From NCBI GenBank assembly GCA_902805555.1, contig CADCSY010000110.1, positions 16,807 to 80,806 on the forward strand: a stretch of DNA of 64,000 nt, read 5' to 3'. Positions 1 through 8,707 of this stretch are shown here, piece after piece. The notes beneath the pieces were generated by a model. That model ran no database searches. It saw only the letters and a list, made by a program, of their open reading frames with translations, and had not been told where the DNA came from. The first letter of the stretch is position 1. Each line of letters opens with the position of its first letter. The stretch is from an uncultured Acidimicrobiales bacterium (GTDB lineage: Bacteria > Actinomycetota > Acidimicrobiia > Acidimicrobiales > CADCSY01). A program made the translations under genes and the position numbers.

Positions 1-2
1 TC

Positions 3-347
3 GGCGTGCTCCAGGACGCCTGCGGCACCGCCGGCCTGCCCGCCGCCTCCCTGTGGGCCAGCGTCCCCGCCTACGTGCCGGGGGCGCCGTCGCCGAAGGC
101 CGCCCTCGCCCTCGTCGAGCGGGCCGCCGAGGTGCTGGCCGTCGGCGTGGTCACGACCGACCTCGAGATCGCGAGTGCCTCCTACGAGCGACAGGTCAGC
201 GAGGTGGTGGCCGACGACGACGAGATGCGCGAGTACGTGACCCACCTCGAGGCCCGCTACAACGGCGAGGTCGACCAGGACGTGCCGTCGCCGGCGCAGC
301 TGGTCGAAGAGGTCGAGCGCTTCCTGCGCGACCAGCGCTTCGAGTAG
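3..347 (+). CDS. PAC2 (proteasome assembly chaperone-like) family protein, 3' part; 5' end outside window
   Basis: SLWASVPAYV...SPKAALAL and C-terminal LVEEVERFLRDQ typical of actinobacterial PAC2 proteins. Confidence 0.8.
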   Translation, partial: GVLQDACGTAGLPAASLWASVPAYVPGAPSPKAALALVERAAEVLAVGVVTTDLEIASASYERQVSEVVADDDEMREYVTHLEARYNGEVDQDVPSPAQLVEEVERFLRDQRFE

Positions 348-392
348 CAGCGCACGAGGAGCAGCGCACGAGGAGCAGGCCTCAGGAGCAGG
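346..392. repeat. short tandem repeat, 14-bp unit AGCAGCGCACGAGG x2 plus degenerate copies
   Basis: exact copies at 346-359 and 360-373, degenerate copies to 392, between convergent genes. Confidence 0.6.
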
Positions 393-1823
393 TCACGCCG
401 TCAGCGGGGGCGCGAGTCGTGGCCACGGCGCCGCCGCCTCGAAGATGCGGGCCAGGCGCAGGACGACCTCGTCGGCGTGGCGGCGCCCCATGATCTGGAG
501 CCCGACGGGGAGGCCGTCGCCGGTGGCGGCGGCGGGCACGGAGCACGCCGGGTTCCAGCACAGGTTGGCGAGCATCGTGAACGGCGTGGCCATCGCACCG
601 GTCACCGCCCGGCCGGCGATCTCGGCGGGCGGGGGTCCCTCGGCCGGGTAGGCGGGCACCGCGTTGGTCGGCGTCAGCAGCACGTCGAGGTCGCCGAAGA
701 CCGCAGCGCACTCCTCCTGGAGCTGCTGGCGCCGCTCGAGCACCTGGGCGTACCTCGGGAGGGGGTAGGACTCGGTCTGCTCGAGCGTCCGGCGGACGTA
801 CAGGGTGAGGTCGTCGGCGGCCTCCGGCCACATGCCGGGGAGGAGGTCGAGCCAGAGGTCGGCGGCGCCCGCCGACATCCAGACCTTGACCGGGTCGGTC
901 AAGGAGACGTCGACCTCGACGAGGTCCACCCCGGCCGCCTCCGCGAGCCGCTCGGCGGCATGACGGGCCTGCCCTGCGACCTCGGGGTCGACGGCGGCGA
1001 AGCCGAGGTCGAGGGACCACCCGATGCGGAGGCCGGTGGCGTCGAGCGACTCGATGGCGTCCTCGTAGCGGATGCCGGCAGCGGGGAGGCTGAGCCGGTC
1101 GGCGTCGTCCGGCCCGCAGGTGACGTCGAGGTGGCGGGCGGCGTCGAGCACGGTGGTGGCCAGGATGCCCGGGACGGCGGTCTGGCTCGCCTGCGGGGTC
1201 GGGTTGGCGATGCGGCCGTGGCTCGGCTTGAAGCCGACGAGCCCGGAGAAGCCGGCGGGGATCCTGGTCGAGCCGCCCCCGTCGCTGGCGGTGGCCAGGG
1301 GGACGAGCCCGCCCGCGACCGCGGCGGCCGAGCCACCGGATGACCCACCCGGGGTCCGGCTCGGGTCCCACGGGTTGCGGGTCGTGCCGGTCGCCTTGTT
1401 CTTGGTGAAGGAGAGCGTGCCGAACTCCGGCGCCGCCGTCTTGCCGACGGGGACGGCCCCCGCCTCCCGCATCCGGCGGACGTGGACGGAGTCCCGCTGG
1501 ACCGGCGGGCGGCCCGTCCACGGGACGCTGCCGTGGCCGGTCGGCATGCCTGCGCAGTCCTCGAGGTCCTTCACGCCGAACGGCACGCCGGCGAGCGGAC
1601 CGGGGTCGTCGCCCCGCGCCACCGTCGCGTCGACGGCCTCCGCCGAGGCCCTGGCGATGCCCTCGTCGACGTGCACGAACGCGTTGAGCGCCGGGTTGCC
1701 GTCCCGGATGGCGGCGAGGCAGGCATCGAGGACCTCGACGGCGGAGCGCCGTCCGTGGCGGACGTCCTCTGCGATCGCGGTGGCCGACAGGCCGCGGAGG
1801 TCGGAGGCGGTGGCATCGGTCAT
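393..1823 (-). CDS. amidase signature family protein
   Basis: GVKDL, GGSSGGSAAAVA, SDGGGSTRIPA motifs; ATG 1823 (alternative 1832). Confidence 0.9.
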   Translation of the reverse strand: MTDATASDLRGLSATAIAEDVRHGRRSAVEVLDACLAAIRDGNPALNAFVHVDEGIARASAEAVDATVARGDDPGPLAGVPFGVKDLEDCAGMPTGHGSVPWTGRPPVQRDSVHVRRMREAGAVPVGKTAAPEFGTLSFTKNKATGTTRNPWDPSRTPGGSSGGSAAAVAGGLVPLATASDGGGSTRIPAGFSGLVGFKPSHGRIANPTPQASQTAVPGILATTVLDAARHLDVTCGPDDADRLSLPAAGIRYEDAIESLDATGLRIGWSLDLGFAAVDPEVAGQARHAAERLAEAAGVDLVEVDVSLTDPVKVWMSAGAADLWLDLLPGMWPEAADDLTLYVRRTLEQTESYPLPRYAQVLERRQQLQEECAAVFGDLDVLLTPTNAVPAYPAEGPPPAEIAGRAVTGAMATPFTMLANLCWNPACSVPAAATGDGLPVGLQIMGRRHADEVVLRLARIFEAAAPWPRLAPPLTA

Positions 1824-1915
1824 GAGCGCCATCCTGGCCCACGGCGGGCCACCGACGCCCCGCCCCGCCCGGACGTGGCGTCGCCGGCGATGTCGCTCCC
1901 TCTCAGCCGGCCCTC

Positions 1916-3034
1916 TCAGCCGATGGCCGCCCTCGGCTCCCGGGCCAGGCCGAGCAGGTGCTCGCCGATGATCGTGCGCTGCACCTGCGAGGTGCCGCCG
2001 GCGATGCGGGCGCCGGGGGCGGCGAGCAGCCCCTCCGACGGTTCGCCGGCGAGCATGCCGACCGGTCCGAGCCGGTCCACGCCGGCCACCGCGGCGTCGA
2101 AGAGGAGCTCGGTGATCCCGAGCTTCATGAGCGACGCCGCCGTGGAGGCCACCGGGCCCTGCCGCCGGCCGAGGTGCTGGAGCACCTCGCCCCGTGCCAG
2201 CAGCTCGATCCCGGCGGACACCTCGACGCGGCTGCGAGCAGGGGTGCGCTGCAGCTCCGCCAGGCGCCGCCCGATCGAGATGCCGAGGGCGCCGATGTGC
2301 CCGCGCTCGTTCGTCAGGGTGGCCATCGCGACGCCCCAACCCCCGTGGAGCGGACCCACGAGGCAGCGCTCGGGCACGTGGACCTCGTCCAGGAAGACCT
2401 CGTCGAAGGACGAGCCGCCGGTCATCTGCCGCACCGGTCGCACGTCGATGCCGGGGCTCCCCATGTCGAGGAGGAGGAACGAGATCCCCCGGTGCGGCGT
2501 GGCGTCGCCGCCCGTCCTCGCCAGGAGGATGCCCCAGTCGCTCACCCGCCCGTTGCTGCACCACGTCTTCTGGCCCGAGACCCTCCAGCCGTCACCGTCA
2601 GGGACGGCGCGGGTGGTGAGGGAGGCGAGGTCGCTCCCCGCCCCCGGCTCGCTGAAGAGCTGGCACCACACCCGCTCGCCCCGCAGGGTGGGCCCGAGGT
2701 GCTGGGCCTTCTGGGCCTCGTCACCGAAGGCGAGGATGGCGCCGCCGGCCAGCACGAGGCCGACCATGTTGAGGAACGGCGGCACCTCCGCCCTCGCCGC
2801 CTCCTCGAGCCACACCGCCTGGTGCTCGGCGGACAGCGCCCGCCCGCCGGTGCCGACCGGCCAGTGGAGGCCCGCCCACCCGGCATCGAAGAGCGCCCGC
2901 TGCCAGGCGCGGGCCTCGACCGCGAGCTCGGGCGGGACGATCGCGCCGTAGTCCGGCGGCGCCGCGCCACGGTGCTCCGCCAGCCAGGCTGCTGCGGCCA
3001 GGCGGAAGGCGTCGAGGTCGAGGTCCGCGTCCAC
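1916..3034 (-). CDS. acyl-CoA dehydrogenase (FadE-like)
   Basis: WCQLFSEPGAGSDLASL, GQKTWCS, IAGGTSQVQRTIIGE motifs. Confidence 0.9.
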   Translation of the reverse strand: MDADLDLDAFRLAAAAWLAEHRGAAPPDYGAIVPPELAVEARAWQRALFDAGWAGLHWPVGTGGRALSAEHQAVWLEEAARAEVPPFLNMVGLVLAGGAILAFGDEAQKAQHLGPTLRGERVWCQLFSEPGAGSDLASLTTRAVPDGDGWRVSGQKTWCSNGRVSDWGILLARTGGDATPHRGISFLLLDMGSPGIDVRPVRQMTGGSSFDEVFLDEVHVPERCLVGPLHGGWGVAMATLTNERGHIGALGISIGRRLAELQRTPARSRVEVSAGIELLARGEVLQHLGRRQGPVASTAASLMKLGITELLFDAAVAGVDRLGPVGMLAGEPSEGLLAAPGARIAGGTSQVQRTIIGEHLLGLAREPRAAIG

Positions 3035-3071
3035 GAGCCGGACGCTAGGTGGGGGGACCTACGCTCGCCCG

Positions 3072-3554
3072 GTGCCCGAGCAGCTGGTGCCCACGTGCGT
3101 GTGGCGCCTCACGCCCGAGCTCGTGATCGCCCTCGACGAGCGCTTCGGGGAGCCGACGGACGCCTACGTGAACGGGTCGCAGGTGTGGCTGCGCGACGAC
3201 GGCCCCGGCGGGGCCACCCTCGAGTGGCGGTTGCACCCGGTGCCGGGGTACGAGCGGCCGCCCGGCACGGCCACGGCCGAGGTCTTCCCGGCGGTCGCCC
3301 TGGCGGTGGCGAGGGGCGACGAGCCGATCCGCCCCCCCGAGGCGCTGTGGGAGGGGCTCGAGGCGTTCCCGGCGTTCGGCGACGAGGTCGAGCCGGCGAC
3401 CCTGGCGGCGGCTGCGCTCGACGTCCTCGGCATCCCGCCGGATGCAGCCGGGCTCGCCGACCACGAGCGCATCGCCGACGACTGGGAGCGCACCGGCGGC
3501 GCCACCTCGATCGTCCACGCGCTCCTCGACCAGCTGGGTGCCCCGCCCGCCTGA
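3072..3554 (+). CDS. hypothetical protein
   Basis: protein-like ORF with high GC3; TACGCT -10 box 6 nt before GTG. Confidence 0.7.
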   Translation: MPEQLVPTCVWRLTPELVIALDERFGEPTDAYVNGSQVWLRDDGPGGATLEWRLHPVPGYERPPGTATAEVFPAVALAVARGDEPIRPPEALWEGLEAFPAFGDEVEPATLAAAALDVLGIPPDAAGLADHERIADDWERTGGATSIVHALLDQLGAPPA

Positions 3555-3602
3555 TCGCCGCCGACGCCGTGGGGCGCCGTCGGACGGCGGTGCCAGCGTC
3601 TG

Positions 3603-4430
3603 CTAGCGGCCACGCCAGAGGGGGTCGCGCGGGGGGTCGAAGGCGACCTCGGGTCGCTCGCCCCGGATGGCGGCGAAGGCGAGCGGGCCCCAGCCGGACA
3701 CGCCGGCCAGGGGGCTCGGGAGCGCGTCCTCGCCGAACCAGCCGACGTCGGCGCACTCGAGGGGGTGGGGCGAGAGCTCGCCGCCGATCGCCCGCAGGTG
3801 GAACACGAGGCTGTAGAGCGGGATCCGGGTGAAGCCGAGGCGCAGGCCGTCGAGGACGGCGAGCAGCCTGACGGGCTCGGCCAGGATCCCGGTCTCCTCC
3901 TCGACCTCCTTGAGCGCCACCTCGACCGGCGAGTACCCGATGTCGGCCCACCCGGTCGGGTAGAGCCACACGCCGGAGTCGGCCCGCTGGACGAGCAGGA
4001 TCTCGCCGGCCTCGTTCCCGACCACCGCACCGATGGCCACCTTGGGCGTGACGTAGCCGGCGACCCCCTGGCCGACGATCTTCATCCACTCCTCGAACAG
4101 GACCTCGGCGTCGTGCTCGCTCCCTGCCGCGGTGCGGATGTCGGCGGCGACCTTGAGGACCTCCTCGAAGCGCTCCTTCTCGTACAGGCTCTCGGTGAAG
4201 CCGAGGCCGGTGCGGGCGATGCCGGACAGGGCCTCGCTCCAGCGGACGAGGTCGGCGGCGGACACGCCGGCCGGCACCTGGCCGGGTTCGAGCGCCACCG
4301 GCACCTGGTCGGGCTCGAGCGGCGGCGGCACCTGGTCCAGAGGTGCATGACCGGGGTGCGCCGGCTCCTCCGCCGCCGGCCCCGCCGGCGGCCCGCCCCC
4401 TCGTCCCGACTCGCCGCCCTCGCCGCCCAC
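3603..4430 (-). CDS. NUDIX hydrolase with Nudix_N domain (YjhB-like) and Pro-rich N-terminal extension
   Basis: IARTGLGF...YEKERFEE, GYVTPKV, Nudix box GWADIGYSPVEVALKEVEEETG; GTG 4430 lies 7 nt after TAGCCT (alternative start 4265). Confidence 0.85.
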   Translation of the reverse strand: MGGEGGESGRGGGPPAGPAAEEPAHPGHAPLDQVPPPLEPDQVPVALEPGQVPAGVSAADLVRWSEALSGIARTGLGFTESLYEKERFEEVLKVAADIRTAAGSEHDAEVLFEEWMKIVGQGVAGYVTPKVAIGAVVGNEAGEILLVQRADSGVWLYPTGWADIGYSPVEVALKEVEEETGILAEPVRLLAVLDGLRLGFTRIPLYSLVFHLRAIGGELSPHPLECADVGWFGEDALPSPLAGVSGWGPLAFAAIRGERPEVAFDPPRDPLWRGR

Positions 4431-4491
4431 CGGGGGGAGGCTAACGGGGGCAGAGGGCCGGGCCCCGAGCGCCGGGCGGTGCCGGGCGGCC

Positions 4492-6840
4492 TCAGGCCAG
4501 CGAGAGCTGGTGGAGGACGGCCCGCTCGAGCTCGCGGACGTGGTCCGGGTCGGTGAGCTTCGCCCCACCCGGGGTCCGGACGTAGAAGGCGTCGACGACC
4601 TCGTTGCCGAGGGTCGACACCTTGGCCACGGTGATGTCGAGGTCGAGGTCGGCGAGGGCGCGGGTGATGCGGTAGAGCACCCCGATGCCGTCGAGGGCCC
4701 GCACCTCGACGACCGTGGCGGTGGCCGAGGCGTCGTTGTCGACCCGCACCGAGGGCGGGGCGGCCAGCACCACTGCCGACGACGGGCGCCGCTGGTTGCG
4801 CGAGCGCTGGGCGAGGCGGGCGTCGAGGGCGATCCGACCCTCGATGGCGGCCTGCACGTCGGCCACGACCGGACCCCAGTCGACGGGACCCCGCCCGTGG
4901 GCCACCTTGAACCGGGACGCAGCCATCGGCTCCCCCGTCGCCGACGTGGCCGAGGCGGCGTCGGCACCGAGGACGGTCAGCCTGGCGAGCGCGAGCGTGC
5001 CGGCCACACGGCTGAACAGGCCCGGGCGGTCGTGGGAGACGACCGTGAGCCTCGTCCCCTCGCCCCGCACGACCGTGCTCCGGCCGGCGAGGAGGGCGGC
5101 GACGTCGGGTGTGGGGAAGCCGTCCCCGGTCACCTCGCCGGCCACCCCGCCCTGCAGCACGTGGGCGACCCGGTCGACGAGCTGGCCCACGAGCTCGGCC
5201 TTCCACGGACCCCACGCCGAGGGGCCGGTGGCGATGGAGTCGGCCTCCGTCAGCGCGGCCAGCAGCTCGAGCGTCCCGAGCGACCCGACGGCCGCCGCCA
5301 CGCCGTCGATCACGTCGTCGTCGGACAGGTCCCGGCGGGTGGCGACGTCGGGCAGCAGGAGGTGGTGGCGGACGAGGTCGACGAGCACGGCGACGTCGTC
5401 GGCCCCGTAGCCCATCCGCTCGCCGATCGCCTCGACGAGCGGCATGCCCACCTCGGTGTGGTCACCGGGCAGGCCCTTGCCGATGTCGTGCAGCCAGGCG
5501 CCGATGAGCAGCAGGTCGGGGCGGGCCACCGCGTCGGCCAGCGCGGCGGCGTTGGCGGCGGCCTCGCACAGGTGGCGGTCGACGGTGAAGCGGTGGATGG
5601 CGTTGCGCTGCGGCTTGGAGCGGGTGTGGGACCACTCGGGGAGGACGCGCTCGACGAGGCGGCGCTGGTCGATCGTCTCGAGCACGGGGATGGCGGCATG
5701 GCCGGTGGCGAGCAGGTCGACCAGCGCCTGGCGCGCGCCCGGGGGCCACGGCCCGTCGAGGACGGGCGCCTCGGCCGCCAGCCGGTCGAGGCTCGGTCGG
5801 TCGATCCTGGTGCGGGACCGGGCCGCCGCCGCAGCCGCCCGCAGCACGAGGCTCCCGTCCCCGGAGGTGTCGGCTCCGGCGTCGACGTGCACCTCGCCGT
5901 CCCGCAGGACCAGGCCGGGCCCGACCCGCCGGTCCCGGTTGAAGACGCGCCCGAACGGTCCTGTCAACGAGGCGCGGACGCGACCCCACACCTCGTCGGC
6001 GGTCCAGGCCACGCTGCGGGCGGCACCGGACACCCGGGCCATCAGGTCGTCGGCCGAGCCGATGCCGAGGGCCGCGGCCACGTCGTCCTGGCGCTCGAGC
6101 AGGAGCTGGTCGCTGCCCCGCCCGCCCCCGAGGTGGAGGGCGACCCGCACGGCGAGCAGCACCGCCTCGGCCTCGGCCAGCGCCTCGTCGTCGCCCTCCA
6201 GCAGGACGGGTCGGGCCAGCTCCGCCCACCTGAGGGCGCTGACGTCGCGCAGCCCGCCCCTGCCCTCCTTCACGTCGGGCTCGAGGAGGAACGCCACCTC
6301 GCCCATCACCCGGTGGCGCTGCTCGACCTTGGCCGACAGGTCCGACAACCAGCGACCAGCCCGCTTGCGCCACTGCCCGAGCGCAGCATCGGCCAGCCCG
6401 TCGGCGAGGCCCGCGTCGCCGGCCACGAGCCGGGTGGACAGGGCGGCGGTCGCCGTCTCCAGGTCCTCTCCGGCCAGGGACAGCGCCTGCTTGGGCGTCC
6501 GCACCGCGTGCCCGAGCTTCAACCCGGCGTCCCAGATCGGGTACCAGAGCCGCTCGGCCACCGCAGCCACATCGGCCCGCCGGTCGTGGAGGAGCCAGAG
6601 GTCGAGGTCGCTGCCCGGTGCGAGCTCCCCCCGCCCGTAGCCGCCGACGGCGACGAGGGCGAGCCGACCGCCCGGCCCGGCGGCCGCCTCCTCGAACAGG
6701 CCCCGCAGCACCTCGTCGGTGGCATCGGAGAGCGAGCGGCACAGCTCGCGGCCGTGGTGGCCGGCCCCGAGGACGAGGTCCCGCCGGAGCCCGAGCTGCT
6801 CGGACCAGGTGTCGGTCGTCGCCCCGTCAGCGGGCGTCAT
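4492..6840 (-). CDS. glnD: [protein-PII] uridylyl/adenylyltransferase
   Basis: AVGGYGRGELAPGSDLD NTase, KEGRGGLRD, HRFTVDRH, HDIGKG HD domain, C-terminal ACT domains. Confidence 0.95.
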   Translation of the reverse strand: MTPADGATTDTWSEQLGLRRDLVLGAGHHGRELCRSLSDATDEVLRGLFEEAAAGPGGRLALVAVGGYGRGELAPGSDLDLWLLHDRRADVAAVAERLWYPIWDAGLKLGHAVRTPKQALSLAGEDLETATAALSTRLVAGDAGLADGLADAALGQWRKRAGRWLSDLSAKVEQRHRVMGEVAFLLEPDVKEGRGGLRDVSALRWAELARPVLLEGDDEALAEAEAVLLAVRVALHLGGGRGSDQLLLERQDDVAAALGIGSADDLMARVSGAARSVAWTADEVWGRVRASLTGPFGRVFNRDRRVGPGLVLRDGEVHVDAGADTSGDGSLVLRAAAAAARSRTRIDRPSLDRLAAEAPVLDGPWPPGARQALVDLLATGHAAIPVLETIDQRRLVERVLPEWSHTRSKPQRNAIHRFTVDRHLCEAAANAAALADAVARPDLLLIGAWLHDIGKGLPGDHTEVGMPLVEAIGERMGYGADDVAVLVDLVRHHLLLPDVATRRDLSDDDVIDGVAAAVGSLGTLELLAALTEADSIATGPSAWGPWKAELVGQLVDRVAHVLQGGVAGEVTGDGFPTPDVAALLAGRSTVVRGEGTRLTVVSHDRPGLFSRVAGTLALARLTVLGADAASATSATGEPMAASRFKVAHGRGPVDWGPVVADVQAAIEGRIALDARLAQRSRNQRRPSSAVVLAAPPSVRVDNDASATATVVEVRALDGIGVLYRITRALADLDLDITVAKVSTLGNEVVDAFYVRTPGGAKLTDPDHVRELERAVLHQLSLA

Positions 6841-6858
6841 GGTCGGAGCCCGTCGTCG

Positions 6859-7197
6859 TCACAGCGCGTCATCGTCGAGCTCACCGGTGCGGATGCGGAT
6901 GACGGTGTCGACGCCCGTCACCCAGACCTTGCCGTCGCCGATCTTGCCGGTCCTCGCCGCGCCGGCGATCACCCTGGCGACGTCGTCGGCGTCGACCCCC
7001 TCGCACAGCACCTCGAGGCGCGTCTTGGGGATCACGTCGACGGTGTACTCGGTGCCCCGGTACATCTCGGTCTTGCCGCCCTGGCGGCCGGAGCCGGACG
7101 CCTCGCTGATGGTCATCCCCTTGACGCCGAACGCCCGCAGCGCCCGCTTCACGTCGTCGAGCTTGTGGGGCTTGATGATGGCGGTGACGAGCTTCAC
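6859..7197 (-). CDS. glnK: P-II family nitrogen regulator
   Basis: MKLVTAIIKP, T-loop YRGTEY, TGKIGDGKVW, IRIRTGE. Confidence 0.95.
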   Translation of the reverse strand: MKLVTAIIKPHKLDDVKRALRAFGVKGMTISEASGSGRQGGKTEMYRGTEYTVDVIPKTRLEVLCEGVDADDVARVIAGAARTGKIGDGKVWVTGVDTVIRIRTGELDDDAL

Positions 7198-7198
7198 G

Positions 7199-8566
7199 TC
7201 ATCGCCCCGGCTTCATGTGGTCGCCCTCGGCCACGGCCTCCGCCGCCTTCCGGGCTGCGACGAGGATCGGGTCCCACACCGACGAGAACGGTGGCGCGTA
7301 CGCCAGGTCGAGGTGGGTCATCTGCTCGACGGTCATGCCGGCGTGGAGGGCGGTGGCGAACACGTCGATGCGCTTGGCGGCTCCGGCGCCGCCGACGATC
7401 TGGGCGCCGAGGAGGCGCCCGCTCGTCCGCTCGGCCACCACCTTGATGCGCAGCTGCTCGGTGTCGGCCAGGTAGCCGGCGGTGGTGGTGCTCTCGATGG
7501 TCACCGCGTGGTGCTCGAAGCCGTCCCGGGTCGCCTCCCGCTCCGAGAGGCCGGTGCGGGACACCTCCGTCGTGCAGATCTTCGTGATCGCCGTGCCGAC
7601 CACGCCGGGGAAGGTGGCGTACCCGCCGCCGATGTTCGTCCCGGCCACCCTGCTCTGCTTGTTCGCCACCGTCCCGAGGGCGACGTAGAGCTTGCGGTTG
7701 CTCACCAGCTGGGTCGACTCGCAGCAGTCCCCGGCCGCCCACACCCCCTCGGCGGTGGTGTGCTGTCGCCGGTCGACCCCGATCGCGCCCCCTGCTCCGA
7801 GCTCGATGCCGGCGTCGCCCGCCAGCTCGGCGTTGGGGACGACCCCGAGCCCGAGCACCACGAGGTCGGCCCGGAGGTCGCCGTCGCCGGTCCGCACCAC
7901 GCCGTCCTCGAAGCCGAGGGTCTCGACGCCGCAGCGGACGTCGACGCCGTGGCCGCACATCGCCTCGCGGATCAGCGCGCCCATGTCGGGGTCGAGCGTG
8001 CGCATCACCTCGCGGTCGCGCTCGACGACGGTCACGTCTGCGCCTCGATGCGTGAATGCCTCTGCCAGCTCGAGGCCGATGTACCCGGCGCCGACGACGA
8101 CCACGCGCTTGGCCTCGATGTGCCGGGCGTGGGCCAGGAGGTGTTCGGCGTCCCCCAGGGTCTGCACCCCGTGGACGGCCGGGTGGTCGATGCCGGGGAT
8201 GTCCGGCGTGCGGGGGCGCGCGCCCGTCCCGATCATGAGCTGGTCGAAGCCGAGGCGGGAGGTGCCCCCCCGGTCGACGTCGCGCACCTCGACCTCACGC
8301 CGGTCGAGGTCGATGGCCATGGCCTCGTGGTGCAGGCGGACGTCGATGTCGAACCCGTCCCTGAACTCCTGGGGGGTCCGGGCGACGAGGTCCTCGACCG
8401 CCCCGATCTCACCCCCGATGAGGTACGGGATCCCGCACGCCGAGTAGCTCGTCCAGCTGCCCTTCTCGAGGGCGATGATCTCGAGGTCGCTGCGCAGCCT
8501 GCGGGCCTGGGAGGCCGCCGCCATCCCGCCGGCGTCGCCCCCGATCACCAGCAGCCGCTCGCCCAC
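7199..8566 (-). CDS. FAD-dependent pyridine nucleotide-disulfide oxidoreductase (CoA-disulfide reductase/NADH oxidase family)
   Basis: GGDAGG FAD motif, SYSACG single redox Cys, GAGYIGLE, YAPPFS. Confidence 0.9.
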   Translation of the reverse strand: MGERLLVIGGDAGGMAAASQARRLRSDLEIIALEKGSWTSYSACGIPYLIGGEIGAVEDLVARTPQEFRDGFDIDVRLHHEAMAIDLDRREVEVRDVDRGGTSRLGFDQLMIGTGARPRTPDIPGIDHPAVHGVQTLGDAEHLLAHARHIEAKRVVVVGAGYIGLELAEAFTHRGADVTVVERDREVMRTLDPDMGALIREAMCGHGVDVRCGVETLGFEDGVVRTGDGDLRADLVVLGLGVVPNAELAGDAGIELGAGGAIGVDRRQHTTAEGVWAAGDCCESTQLVSNRKLYVALGTVANKQSRVAGTNIGGGYATFPGVVGTAITKICTTEVSRTGLSEREATRDGFEHHAVTIESTTTAGYLADTEQLRIKVVAERTSGRLLGAQIVGGAGAAKRIDVFATALHAGMTVEQMTHLDLAYAPPFSSVWDPILVAARKAAEAVAEGDHMKPGR

Positions 8567-8707
8567 CGACGAACACTAACGGCCACCCACCCCACGACCA
8601 GCCCGGGGCGGGGCGGGCTGGACGGGAGCCGCAGCTGGTGCACGCACAGTCGGTGCGAGCGAACGGAGGCGGTCGGACCGGGAGCCCGGGGCCCCGGCGC
8701 AGCGTCC

